64,000 nucleotides of DNA from Myxococcota bacterium (GTDB taxonomy: Bacteria; Myxococcota_A; UBA9160; UBA6930), in contig OZ245002.1 of assembly GCA_965223415.1 (NCBI GenBank), positions 2,176,001 to 2,240,000 of the forward strand, written 5' to 3'. The position numbers and the translations under genes were made by a program. This document shows, in pieces, positions 18,318 through 27,890 of the stretch. The notes below the pieces were generated by a model. That model made no database searches, was not told the DNA's origin, and saw only the letters and a list, made by a program, of their open reading frames with translations. Position 1 is the stretch's first letter, and each line of letters opens with the position of its first letter.

Positions 18318-19181
18318 CTAGCGCCGCCCCTCGTCCTTCACGCGGTAGATGCGCGCCATGTCCTGGGAGACCAGGCCGGTCACCGGCAAGGCGAGATCGC
18401 ACTCGCGCGCCAGCTCGAGGGCGTGCGCCAGGTCCTTTTCCGCGGTGTGCATCTGCAGGCGGTTGAAGCTCTGGAACCCCTCGCTATCGACGGCCTCCGG
18501 CGGCGCCCGGTGGAGCACCAGGAAGCGCTCCTGCATGTCGGTGAGCTGGCCGTTCGAGCGGACGGAGGCGAGAAAGACCTCCGGGTCGAGCCCGGAAGCC
18601 ACCGCCAGCTTGTACGACTCGCTGGCCGCGGCCCACTGGATGTAGGTCATGGTGTTCACCGCCAGCTTCAGCTTGGCGCCGCTTCCAAGAGGGCCGGCGT
18701 GCACGATGGCCTTGGAGCTGGCGTCGAGGACGGGGCGCGCCTTCTCCATCGACGCGTCGTCGCCGCCCACCAGGAAGGTCAGCTCGCCGGCCGCCGCGCC
18801 GTGGGCGCCGCCGGTCACGCAGGCATCGATCAGCGTGCAGCCCCCCGCCTCCGCTGCAGCGGCCATCTCCTCGATCGTCGCCGGCAGCACCGTGCTGTGG
18901 ACGGCGATCACGGCGCCGGGGGCGAGCCCCTCGAGGGCGCCGTTCTCGCCCGCGAGCACTGTGCGGACGTGGTCGTCCGTCGGCACGCAGACGCAGAGCA
19001 CGTCGGCACGCGCGCCCACCTCCTTCGGAGTCGCCGCCTCCTTGGCGCCTCCCGCGACGAGCTCCTGCACCTTTGCCTCGTCGAGATCGCAGACCGTGGT
19101 CTCGAATCCAGCCGGGGCCAGATGCGAGGCCATCGGCTTGCCCATGTCGCCCAGTCCGATGTAGCCCACGCGTATCGCCAT
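18318..19181 (-). CDS. 3-hydroxyisobutyrate dehydrogenase family NAD(P)-dependent oxidoreductase
   Basis: VGYIGLGDMG, DACVTGG, GSGAKLKLAVN, KDL. Confidence 0.9.
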   Translation of the reverse strand: MAIRVGYIGLGDMGKPMASHLAPAGFETTVCDLDEAKVQELVAGGAKEAATPKEVGARADVLCVCVPTDDHVRTVLAGENGALEGLAPGAVIAVHSTVLPATIEEMAAAAEAGGCTLIDACVTGGAHGAAAGELTFLVGGDDASMEKARPVLDASSKAIVHAGPLGSGAKLKLAVNTMTYIQWAAASESYKLAVASGLDPEVFLASVRSNGQLTDMQERFLVLHRAPPEAVDSEGFQSFNRLQMHTAEKDLAHALELARECDLALPVTGLVSQDMARIYRVKDEGRR

Positions 19182-19220
19182 GGGCCGACGATACCGCGTC
19201 TCTGGTAGGATCGGCCGGGG

Positions 19221-20149
19221 ATGAGCGCGGACGCGGCGGAGCTTCGGGCGTGGATCGAGGGAGCAGCGAGCCTGCTCTTCCTCGGCCTCTTCCTCTACCT
19301 GCTGATCGAGCTGCTGTTCGTGCACTTCCGGCGCCACACCCTGCGCCTGCGCGAGACGCGCATGGCCGCCCTCGGCGTGCTGAGCCAGGGCCTGGCGACC
19401 GGGGCGGTGCTGTGGCTCTGGGGACCGCTCTCGGTGTTCGTCGCGGCGAGCGCCGGCGCGGCGCTGAGCCCCTTCGAGGCGCGCCTCGGATGGCCCTGGT
19501 GGATCTTCGGCTTCGTCGTCTACGAGTTCTTCTACTGGCTCCAGCACTGGGCGGGGCACAAGGTGCGGCTGCTCTGGTGCATCCACTCGCCCCACCACGC
19601 GCCGGGCGGCATTCACATGCTGATCGGCGCCAATCACTCGCTCTTCGAGACGACTTCTACTTTCCGCTCTTCTTCGGGTTCCTGCCGGCGCTCTTCGGCG
19701 TGCACCCGATCGTCGCGGTGGCGGTGAACGTCGTCGACGGCATCTATGGGAGCTTCCTGCACATCAGTCCGGAGGTGGTGGCGAAGGGGCGCTACGGGGT
19801 GCTCGAGAAGTTCATGCAGACGCCCTCGTATCACCGCGTGCACCACGCGAAGAACGTCCGCTACATGGACACGAACTACAACTCGATTACGCTGCTCTGG
19901 GACTGGCTGATGGGCACGCTGCAGCCGCTGCGGGACGAGGAGCCGGTGGACTACGGAATCACCCGCCAGGTCGACACCGGCAGCTTCTGGGACGTGCACT
20001 TCGGCGAGTTCCGGCTCCTGTGGCGTGACGTTCGCAAGGCGCGGCGCTGGGGGGATCGTCTGGGCTACCTGGTGCGCCCGCCGGGCTGGGCGCCGGGGGA
20101 CGACAGCAGGACCGCGGCGGCCATGAAGGCGCGGCTTCTCTCCGTGTGA
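19221..20149 (+). pseudogene. Sterol desaturase/fatty acid hydroxylase family (alkylglycerol monooxygenase-like), frameshifted near 19653
   Basis: 5' part (19221 frame) has YWLQHWAGH and HSPHH; 3' part (frame of ORF 19073..20149) has FLH, TPSYHRVHHA, NYNSITLLWDWLMGT, PPGW. One base is missing at GAG ACG AC TTC. Confidence 0.8.
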
Positions 20150-20967
20150 GCGACACCCTCCCCGATCTCTCCGACCCCTTCGCCCTCGATTCGGAGACGG
20201 CCGCGGCCTATCGCCGGGACGGGCACGCGATCGTGCGCGGTCTCGCCACGCCGCAAGAGGTCGCCGCCTACCGGCCGGCGCTGCTCGAGGCCGGCGAGGC
20301 CTCGCGCTTCGATCGCCGCCCCCTGGAGGAGCGCGATACCTACGGCAAGGCCTTCATCCAGATGTTCAACCTCTGGCGACGAAACGAAGTGAGCCGCGCG
20401 TTCGTCTTCTCGCGCCGCTTCGCCCGCGTCGCAGCCGAGCTGCTGGGCGTGCCGGCGGTGCGCCTCTACCACGACCAGGCACTCTTCAAGGAGCCCGGCG
20501 GTGGAGCCACGCCGTGGCACCAGGACCAGTTCTATTGGCCCCTCGCGACGAACCGAACGATCACCTTGTGGATGCCGCTGGTGCCGGTCACCCCGGACAT
20601 GGGCCTGATGGAGTTCGCGTCCGGCTCCCAGCGCCAGGGCTCCCTCGGGGACTTCGCGATCGGCGACGAGTCCCAGCGGGCGTTCGAGCAGCGGGTCACG
20701 GAGGAGCAGCTGCCGCGGGTGCCGAGCCCGGCGCTGGCGCCGGGCGACGCGAGCTTCCACGCCGGCTGGACGCTCCACCGTGCGGCGCCCAACACGACCG
20801 ACACGCTTCGGGAGGCGATGACGATCATCTACTACCCGGACGGGACGCAGGTCGGGCCACTCGACCATCCGAATCGGCGCTTCGACCGCGACGCCTGGCT
20901 GCGGGGCTGCGAGCCAGGGGATCTCGCGGCCGGACCGTGGAACCCGGTGCTCTACGCGGAGACCTGA
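20146..20967 (+). CDS. Phytanoyl-CoA dioxygenase (PhyH) family 2OG-Fe(II) enzyme
   Basis: YHDQALFKEPGG, TPWHQD (HxD), GDASFH, TLHRA, R..MTIIY. Confidence 0.9.
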   Translation: MSDTLPDLSDPFALDSETAAAYRRDGHAIVRGLATPQEVAAYRPALLEAGEASRFDRRPLEERDTYGKAFIQMFNLWRRNEVSRAFVFSRRFARVAAELLGVPAVRLYHDQALFKEPGGGATPWHQDQFYWPLATNRTITLWMPLVPVTPDMGLMEFASGSQRQGSLGDFAIGDESQRAFEQRVTEEQLPRVPSPALAPGDASFHAGWTLHRAAPNTTDTLREAMTIIYYPDGTQVGPLDHPNRRFDRDAWLRGCEPGDLAAGPWNPVLYAET

Positions 20968-23900
20968 TCGGCGCCGGTGCTCGCCGGGGCCGGGCCGCCC
21001 CGTCGCTCGGCCAGCCACGCGCGGAGGGAGAAGGCGCGCAGGTCGCTGGCCACCGTGTAGAGACACGGCACGAGGAAGAGGGTCACGAGCGTCGAGATCG
21101 CGAGCCCCCAGCCGATGGCGAGGGACATGGGCGCGACGATCGAGTCGTAGCCCCCCAGGCCGTAGGCCATGGGCATGACGCCGCCCAGCGTGGTCAGCGC
21201 GGTCACGACGATCGGCCGCAGGCGGCCGACCACCGCGTCGATGATCGCCTCCAGCCGCTCCTCCTTGTCGCCGCCCGTCGCCTTCACGTTGCGATGCACC
21301 GAGTCGACCATCACGATCGCCGCGTTCACGACCACGCCCGCCAGGCCGATCGTGCCCATCATCGCGAAGAGCGAGAGGGGCTGGCCGTGGAGGAAGAAGG
21401 CCAGGATCACGGCGGTGACGGCGAAGGGGATCACCGCCACGACGAAGGCCGCCTCCAGGAAGGAGCCCAGCATCAGCGCGATCACCAGGCCGATGCCGGC
21501 GAACGCCAGGAGTGCGATGCCGCCGAGATCGCCGGTCGTCTTGCGGGTCTCGACGGCCTCGCCGCCGAGCGAGAGCTCGAGCCCCGTGACGTCCGCGTAG
21601 CTCGGGAAGAGCTCGCGCTCGAGCTTGGTCGCGAAGGAGAGCGGCGTGTGGGCGGCGTCGGGGGCGAAGCCGGCGCGGATCGTCGCGGCGCGCATGCCGT
21701 CCCGATGGTGGATGTTCGCGACCGAAGGCACCTCGATGGGCGTCACGACGTCGCGCAGCTGGACGAGCTCGCCCGCGCGGTTGCGGATGGGAAGGTCGAG
21801 CAGGGCGGCGAGGTCGGTGCGCGCCGCCGGATCGAGCAGGACCCGCAGGTCTGTGGTGTCCTCGAGCTCCCGGTGCTCCGAGGCGATGGCGCCGTGGAAG
21901 GCCACCTGCACGGTCTGCGCCACGGCGTCCGGGTCGAGGCCGCGGAGGGCCAGGCGGTCGTAGTCCAGTGCCAGCTCGACCTGCGGCGTGCCGGGGCGCT
22001 CGTCCACGTCGACGTCTACCAGGCCCTCCTGCGCGCGAACCCAGTCGGCCACCGCGAAGGCGGCGCTGCGCCGCTGCTCGTCGTCATTGGAGGCAACGTG
22101 GACGGTGGCCGCCGAGCCGGCCGGGGGCCCCATGTACTCGGCCTCGAAGGTGAGCTCCACCTGCTCGGGAGCGACGAGCTCGTGGCGGAGCACCTCGAGC
22201 CACTCCGCCGAGGTCTTCTGCTTGTTGAGGCTCGGGAGCACTGCGGTCACCACAGCCTCGTTCTCCGCCGAGCCCCGAGTGGCATCGAAGGCCATGGGGT
22301 CCTTCATGCCGATGCGCGCCGTCGAAGCGACCAGGTCCGTGCCCATCAGCCGTTCGAGCTGGGTCTCGATGGAGGTGACGACGGCCTCGGTCTGCTCGAT
22401 CGGCGTGCCGAGGGGCATGTTCACCAGGACGTGGGCGGCTTCGGAGTCGTCCTGGGAGAAGAGGATGAAGGGCATGCGCGGGGCGATCAGCCCGAGGACG
22501 AGCAGCAGGACCGCGGCGAAGCTCCCCGTGAGGAGCACCCGGTGGTGGAGCGAGACGCGCAGCATCTTGCGGTAGCGCTCCTCCATGCGTCGCACGAAGC
22601 CGCGCTTGCCGGTGCCGGCCGTGCCCATGCCCATCGAGAGGTGGGCCGGGAGGATCAGGAAGGACTCCAGCACCGACATCACCAGCGCCAGGATCACCAC
22701 CGCTGGCATGAGCGCCGTGAACTTCCCGTTCATGCCGCCGAGCCCCCAGAGCGGCAGGAAGGCGAGCATCGTCGTGATGGCGGAGGCCATCACCGGGCGC
22801 GCCATCTCAAGGGCGCCGCCGATGGCCGCCTCCCGGCGGTCCTCGCCCGCCTGACGGCGCGCCACGATTCGTTCGGACACGACGATGGCGTCGTCGACGA
22901 CCATCCCGAGCACGATCACGAGCCCGGTCAGGGTGACCATGTTGATCGCGAAGCCGAACACCGGGAAGAGCGCGAGGGTCGCCAGGAAGACGACGGGGAG
23001 TCCGGCCAGGGTCCAGGCCGCCGACACCGGCGTGAGGAAGACGAAGAGCACGAGCGCCACCAGCGCGATGCCGAGCAGCCCGTTGTTCCACATGAGCTGG
23101 AGGCGATTGCGCGCCATGAACGATTCGTCGCGCACGAACGCGTAGGTGACGCCCTCGGGCAGGGCCACGGACTCGACCACCCCCCGCACCCGGTCGACGG
23201 TCTCGACGATGTCCGCCGTCTCCTGCTTGACCACGACGGCGGTGATGCCGGGCTGGCCATTCGTATGGGCGATCAGGCCGGTGTCCTCCCGGCCGAGCTC
23301 GAGGCGCGCTACGTCGCCGACCGTGAGGGCGCCCCCGCCCGGGAGGAAGCGCACGACGGTGGAGGCGACCTCCCGGGGATCCTCGAAGCGGCTCCAGAGG
23401 ACCACCTGACGCCGGTCGCTCACGCTCTCGAGGATGCCGCCGGTAGCCGACACGTTGCGGCGCCGCACGGCGTCGACCACGTCGAGCACGGTCACGCCGT
23501 TCTCGCGGGCGCGCACCGGATCGACGTAGATGCGCAGCTCCGGATCCTGCAGGCCCACGAGCTCGACCTTCGAGACCTGCTCCACCTTGCGCAGGCGCCG
23601 CTCCAGCAGCTTGGCGCCCTCGACCAGCCGATCGGTGGGGCCTGCCAGGGCGATCTGCACCACCGGGAAGAGCTGCGGGTTCAGCCGCTGGATGTGCGGC
23701 TCGTCTTCCATCTCGGGCGGGAAGTCGTTGATGCCGTCGATCAGCACGCGCAGGTCGCGCTCGGCTTCGCGGACCCGCGCGTCACCCCAATCGTCGTCCA
23801 GCTCGACGACCGTCCGCGCCTGGGCGTCGGAGACGGTGGTTTCGTACTCCTGGAGGCCGTTCAGCTCCTCGACCGCCTCCTGGATCGGGATCGCGACCTT

Positions 23901-24086
23901 GGTCTCGACGTCGCGCGCCGAGGCGCCGGGCAGCACGCTCGTGACGAAGAGGGTGGGGATGGAGATGTTCGGGAAGGTCTCCACCGGCGAGCGGGAGGAG
24001 GCCACGAAGCCCATGGTCACGACCACGGCTACGATCACGTGGACGAGCAGGTGGCGGTCGATGAAGAAGGAGACCAGTGCCTTCAA
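20952..24086 (-). CDS. RND efflux permease (AcrB/AcrD/AcrF family)
   Basis: 1044 aa, LGMVVDDAIVVSE, AITTMLAFLP, RLRPIVVTALTT, TLFLVPCLY. Confidence 0.93.
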   Translation of the reverse strand: MKALVSFFIDRHLLVHVIVAVVVTMGFVASSRSPVETFPNISIPTLFVTSVLPGASARDVETKVAIPIQEAVEELNGLQEYETTVSDAQARTVVELDDDWGDARVREAERDLRVLIDGINDFPPEMEDEPHIQRLNPQLFPVVQIALAGPTDRLVEGAKLLERRLRKVEQVSKVELVGLQDPELRIYVDPVRARENGVTVLDVVDAVRRRNVSATGGILESVSDRRQVVLWSRFEDPREVASTVVRFLPGGGALTVGDVARLELGREDTGLIAHTNGQPGITAVVVKQETADIVETVDRVRGVVESVALPEGVTYAFVRDESFMARNRLQLMWNNGLLGIALVALVLFVFLTPVSAAWTLAGLPVVFLATLALFPVFGFAINMVTLTGLVIVLGMVVDDAIVVSERIVARRQAGEDRREAAIGGALEMARPVMASAITTMLAFLPLWGLGGMNGKFTALMPAVVILALVMSVLESFLILPAHLSMGMGTAGTGKRGFVRRMEERYRKMLRVSLHHRVLLTGSFAAVLLLVLGLIAPRMPFILFSQDDSEAAHVLVNMPLGTPIEQTEAVVTSIETQLERLMGTDLVASTARIGMKDPMAFDATRGSAENEAVVTAVLPSLNKQKTSAEWLEVLRHELVAPEQVELTFEAEYMGPPAGSAATVHVASNDDEQRRSAAFAVADWVRAQEGLVDVDVDERPGTPQVELALDYDRLALRGLDPDAVAQTVQVAFHGAIASEHRELEDTTDLRVLLDPAARTDLAALLDLPIRNRAGELVQLRDVVTPIEVPSVANIHHRDGMRAATIRAGFAPDAAHTPLSFATKLERELFPSYADVTGLELSLGGEAVETRKTTGDLGGIALLAFAGIGLVIALMLGSFLEAAFVVAVIPFAVTAVILAFFLHGQPLSLFAMMGTIGLAGVVVNAAIVMVDSVHRNVKATGGDKEERLEAIIDAVVGRLRPIVVTALTTLGGVMPMAYGLGGYDSIVAPMSLAIGWGLAISTLVTLFLVPCLYTVASDLRAFSLRAWLAERRGGPAPASTGADQVSA

Positions 24087-25210
24087 GCGGCTTCCCCGTC
24101 GATCACTACCGCGGCGCCGTCGCGGAGGGCGAAGAGACCGTCGACGACGACGCGCTCGCCGGCGCGGACGCCGGAGAGTACCTCCACTCGGTCTCCCACC
24201 TGGCGGCCGAGCTTCACGGCGCGGCTCACTGCCCGCGAGCCCTCACCGCCGCCTTCGACCACGAACACGACCAGCTTCCCGCCGCGGCGCACGAGGGCGC
24301 CGCGGGGAACCTGGGGCCCGGTGGTCGCGCCTTCCGGCGCCGGGAAGTTCAGCTGCGCCACCAGGCCGGCGCGAAGCCGCCCGTCCGGGTTGTCGAGCCA
24401 CAGCTCGACCGGGTAGGTGCCGGTCTGGGGATCGGCCAGCTTGCCGACGCTCTGCACCGTGACGTCGTGCTGGCGGCCGCCGAGGGCGGGGATCGAGAGG
24501 CGGGCCTGCATGCCCGGCGCCAGGGAGTCGGCCTCGGCAGCGGTCACGCCGGCGCGCACCCGCACCTTCGAGAAGTCGGCCAGGGTGGTGACCGGTGTGC
24601 CCGGGGCGAGGAAGTCGCCGACCTGCACCGCGACGTCCTCGACGGTGCCGTCGAAGGGCGCGCGGACGGTAGCGTCGGCGAGGGAGCGACGGGCGCGGCG
24701 GAGCCGGGCCTCGGCCAGGGCAACGGCGGCCTCGGCGCGCTGCTCACCGAAGCCCAGCGTGTCGTGCTGGCGCTCGCTCATCGCATCCTTCGCGCGCAGC
24801 GCGTCGCCGCGCTCGCGCTGGCTGCGGGCGTCGGCGAGATCGGCGCGGCGTGCGGCCAGGTCGGCCCGCGCCTCGTCGACCGCGATGCGGAGCTGGGTGC
24901 CGTCGAGCTCGACCAGCGGGTCGCTCTCCGACACGGTCTGGCCCGGCTCGACGAGGCGGGCGGTGACGCGGCCAGACACCTCGGCGGCCACGGTGGCGGT
25001 GCGGAAGGCGGAAGTGACCCCGGTGGCCTCGGCGAGGCCCACGGCGGAGCCGCTCGCGGCCGTTGCCACGCGGACGCGCAGGGCGGTGCGCGGCGCCGTG
25101 GCCGGCCGGGTCGTCTCCCCGGGCTGGGCGTGGGCGGGCGGGGTCCCGTCGCATCCGAGCGTGGGGAGCCAGGAGAGCAGGGCGACGAGGAGAAGGGCGA
25201 GCCTCGTCAT
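24083..25210 (-). CDS. RND periplasmic adaptor (membrane fusion protein)
   Basis: Lipoprotein-like signal (LGC), AEVSGRV, VRAPFDGTV, LRAGL, GERVVVDG. Confidence 0.92.
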   Translation of the reverse strand: MTRLALLLVALLSWLPTLGCDGTPPAHAQPGETTRPATAPRTALRVRVATAASGSAVGLAEATGVTSAFRTATVAAEVSGRVTARLVEPGQTVSESDPLVELDGTQLRIAVDEARADLAARRADLADARSQRERGDALRAKDAMSERQHDTLGFGEQRAEAAVALAEARLRRARRSLADATVRAPFDGTVEDVAVQVGDFLAPGTPVTTLADFSKVRVRAGVTAAEADSLAPGMQARLSIPALGGRQHDVTVQSVGKLADPQTGTYPVELWLDNPDGRLRAGLVAQLNFPAPEGATTGPQVPRGALVRRGGKLVVFVVEGGGEGSRAVSRAVKLGRQVGDRVEVLSGVRAGERVVVDGLFALRDGAAVVIDGEAA

Positions 25211-25875
25211 GACGTCTCCTGGGCTCCGCGGTGCTCGGCGATGGCGCGCATCGCGGTGTTCAGGTCGTCGGCCAGGCGAGCCGGGTCGATCCCGTTCGGG
25301 TCGAACAGCCGCGAGACGAACGCACCCTCGGAGAAGGCCATCGTGAGGCGCGCCACCTCTTCGGCGACCCGCCCTTCCACGGGCTCGCCTTCCAGGGCGC
25401 GCACGCGCTCGATGCTACCGCGCACCAGGCTCCGCGCGCGCTCGCGGCCGCGGCGCAGGCGCTCCATCAGGGCGGGCTCCCGATGGCCGAGCTCGAGAGC
25501 GAGGAGCAGCGAGAGCCGCATGAAGAAGGGGAGGCGGCGGCTCGCCTCTTCGATGCTCCGCGAGACCCAGGCGACGAGCGCCTCCGCGTCCGCGCCGGGC
25601 CCCGGCTCCGAGGCCTCGAGGTCCGCCACCCAGCGCTCGGTGGCCCGCTCCACCACCGCCGCCGCCAGGTCGTCCTTGCTCTCGAAGTGCCAGTAGATCG
25701 AGCTGGCGGGCAGGCCGGAGGCCTCCCGGATCGCGGCGATGCCTGTGCCTGCGTAGCCGCGCTCGGCGAAGAGCCGCTCGGCGGCATCCAGGATGCGCCC
25801 ACGGGAGCGCACGCCGTCGGCACGAGCGGCGCCGCGCCGCGGGCGCGAGGAGGATCGGGGCAGGGTCTGCGGCAT
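25207..25875 (-). CDS. TetR/AcrR family regulator
   Basis: RILDAAERLFAERGYAGTGIAAIREASGLPASSIYWHFESK. Confidence 0.92.
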   Translation of the reverse strand: MPQTLPRSSSRPRRGAARADGVRSRGRILDAAERLFAERGYAGTGIAAIREASGLPASSIYWHFESKDDLAAAVVERATERWVADLEASEPGPGADAEALVAWVSRSIEEASRRLPFFMRLSLLLALELGHREPALMERLRRGRERARSLVRGSIERVRALEGEPVEGRVAEEVARLTMAFSEGAFVSRLFDPNGIDPARLADDLNTAMRAIAEHRGAQETS

Positions 25876-25900
25876 CGGGGTCCGAAGGGGGCGCGGCGAA

Positions 25901-25920
25901 CCTGGAACGATCGCTACAGG
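25901..25920. promoter_or_regulatory. Putative TetR operator for the RND operon
   Basis: CCTGGAACGATCGCTACAGG: 8 of 10 dyad positions pair; 25 bp upstream of the tetR start. Confidence 0.6.
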
Positions 25921-25972
25921 ATCGCGAACTCCGTCGCGCCGTCAAGTGAAGCTGCGGGGCTGGCCCCGTCTC

Positions 25973-26713
25973 TCAACGGGGTTGGTTGTCGACGGTCAGG
26001 ATGCGGCCGGCGCTCTCCGGGTCCCGGACCAGCTCCAGGACGGCGGCTGCGATGTCCTCGGGCTGCAGCATCTCCACCGTGTCGATCACGGCCTGGAGCC
26101 AAGCCGCCGGTCCGTTCGTCCCCGTCTCCTCGGGCATGGGCGTCGCGACCAGGCCCGGGCAGACGCAGCTCACCCGGACGTCGTGGCTCTCGGCGAGGGG
26201 CACGCAGGACTTGGTGAAGTGCACGACGCCGGCCTTGGTGGCGACGTACACGGCCTGGGGCGGCAACGGGACGAACGCTCCGCCGGACGCGGTGTTGACG
26301 ACGGCGCCGCCCCCGCTGCGCCGTATCGGCTCGAGGGCGAGCTGGGTGCCGAGGACGACGCCGCGCAGGTTCACGTCGATGATGGCGGCGGCGCGTTCGC
26401 TCGGCACCTCCGGCCAGTCGGTCGTGCCCTCGCCGATGCCCGCGTTGTTGTGCACGACGTGGAGCGCGCCGAAGCGCGCCTCGGTCTCGGCGAACAGGTG
26501 GCGCAGGGAGGCGAGGTCCGAGACGTCCGTCTCCAGGGCAAGCGCGTCGGCGCCCGCCTTCCGCACCTGCTCGGCCGTCTCTTCCGAGAGCGACTGCTTC
26601 ACATCCGCGACCACGACGGCCCGCGCGCCTTCCTTCGCGAGAGCGACGGCGGTGGCCCGCCCGATTCCCCGCGCGGCCCCCGTGACGATCGCTACCTTCC
26701 CCGTGATCTCCAT
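25973..26713 (-). CDS. SDR family oxidoreductase
   Basis: MEITGKVAIVTGAARGIG, HNNAGI, YVATK, VCPG. Confidence 0.9.
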   Translation of the reverse strand: MEITGKVAIVTGAARGIGRATAVALAKEGARAVVVADVKQSLSEETAEQVRKAGADALALETDVSDLASLRHLFAETEARFGALHVVHNNAGIGEGTTDWPEVPSERAAAIIDVNLRGVVLGTQLALEPIRRSGGGAVVNTASGGAFVPLPPQAVYVATKAGVVHFTKSCVPLAESHDVRVSCVCPGLVATPMPEETGTNGPAAWLQAVIDTVEMLQPEDIAAAVLELVRDPESAGRILTVDNQPR

Positions 26714-26749
26714 GACCGGCCAGGGTCGCCCAGGCCCCGAGGTGTCGCC

Positions 26750-27550
26750 ATCGCACGCTCCCGCGAGACTGCCCTCGTCACCGGCGCCTCCGCGGGCATC
26801 GGCCTCGAGCTGGCCCGGCAGTTCGCCGAGCACGGCCACGACCTCATCGTCGTCGCCCGGCGCGAAGACGAGCTGGAGGCGCTGGCGGAGCGCTGCCGCA
26901 AGGAGCACCAGGCCTACGTCCACGTGCTGCCGATGGATCTGCTCGCGCCGGACGCGCCCGCCAAGCTCGCCCGGCAGCTCGAGGACGACGCCCTCGACGT
27001 CGACGTGCTGGTGAACAACGCCGGCCTGATGGACATGGGCGCCTTCGCGGAGATCGGCGTCGGCCAGCACGAGCGGCTCGTCCAGCTCAACGTGATGGTC
27101 CTGGCGTCGCTCACCCGGAGGCTCCTGTCTCCGATGATCGAGCGCGGACACGGCAGGATCCTGAACGTCGCCTCCACCTCCTCCTTCCAGCCCGTCCCCT
27201 CGATGGCGCTCTACGCGGCGAGCAAGGCCTTCGTGCTCTCCCTCTCCGAGTCGCTCTCGGAGGAGCTGAAGGGAACCGGTGTGACGGTGACCGCGCTGTG
27301 CCCCGGCGTGACGAAGACCGAGATGTACGAGCACGCCCAGGAAGAGCATGAGGTCGCGCGCTCGCTCCCCGGGTTCTTCCTCTCCGAGGTCGAAGACGTC
27401 GCCCGCGAGGGCTACGAGGCGTGCATGGCCGGTACGGCGGTCGTGGTTCCGGGTCTCGCCAACCGTGCGGTGGCGAGCGCGGTCCAGCTCTATCCGCGCT
27501 GGCTCGTGCGCACCGTCGGCGGGCTGATGGGACGGCGGACTACCCGGTGA
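26750..27550 (+). CDS. SDR family oxidoreductase (DltE-like), apparent ATC start
   Basis: TALVTGASAGIG, VNNAG, YAASKAF, TALCPG. No in-frame ATG/GTG/TTG before the Rossmann motif; GAGGTG RBS 5 nt before ATC at 26750. Confidence 0.85.
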   Translation: MARSRETALVTGASAGIGLELARQFAEHGHDLIVVARREDELEALAERCRKEHQAYVHVLPMDLLAPDAPAKLARQLEDDALDVDVLVNNAGLMDMGAFAEIGVGQHERLVQLNVMVLASLTRRLLSPMIERGHGRILNVASTSSFQPVPSMALYAASKAFVLSLSESLSEELKGTGVTVTALCPGVTKTEMYEHAQEEHEVARSLPGFFLSEVEDVAREGYEACMAGTAVVVPGLANRAVASAVQLYPRWLVRTVGGLMGRRTTR

Positions 27551-27890
27551 AGAAGTCGGCGCGTGGCGTGAACGTCTCGTCGTACACCGGCTCCGAGAGG
27601 TCGACGCGGTACTTCAGCGTCTCCGCTCCGGTGAGGCCGAAGGACGCGATCGTCTCCCGCATCGCCAGGTAGTGGGGGCCCTTGAAATGGGCCTCGAGGG
27701 CGGCCTGGTTCTCCCAGCGCTCGAAGACATAGATGCGCCCCGGGGTGAGCCGGTCTGCGCTCCACTGGTAGTCCATGCAGCCGGCCTGGGCGCGGGTGGC
27801 CGCCATGTGCGGCTTGCCCGCCTCCAGGGCTTGCTCGACGCGCTCCGGGTCCACGTCGATCGTGCCGGCGATCAGGATGGGTTCACTCAT
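27540..27890 (-). CDS. Antibiotic biosynthesis monooxygenase (putative quinol monooxygenase) family
   Basis: ATRAQAGCMDYQWSAD...IYVFERWENQAALEAHFKGPH. Confidence 0.85.
   Translation of the reverse strand: MSEPILIAGTIDVDPERVEQALEAGKPHMAATRAQAGCMDYQWSADRLTPGRIYVFERWENQAALEAHFKGPHYLAMRETIASFGLTGAETLKYRVDLSEPVYDETFTPRADFFTG

Noticed and set aside
12096..20149. CYP51 plus sterol desaturase as evidence of sterol biosynthesis
   Set aside because: No squalene epoxidase, cyclase or sterol reductases in the window; the desaturase-family gene looks AGMO-like and the neighbours are catabolic. Cannot be excluded genome-wide.
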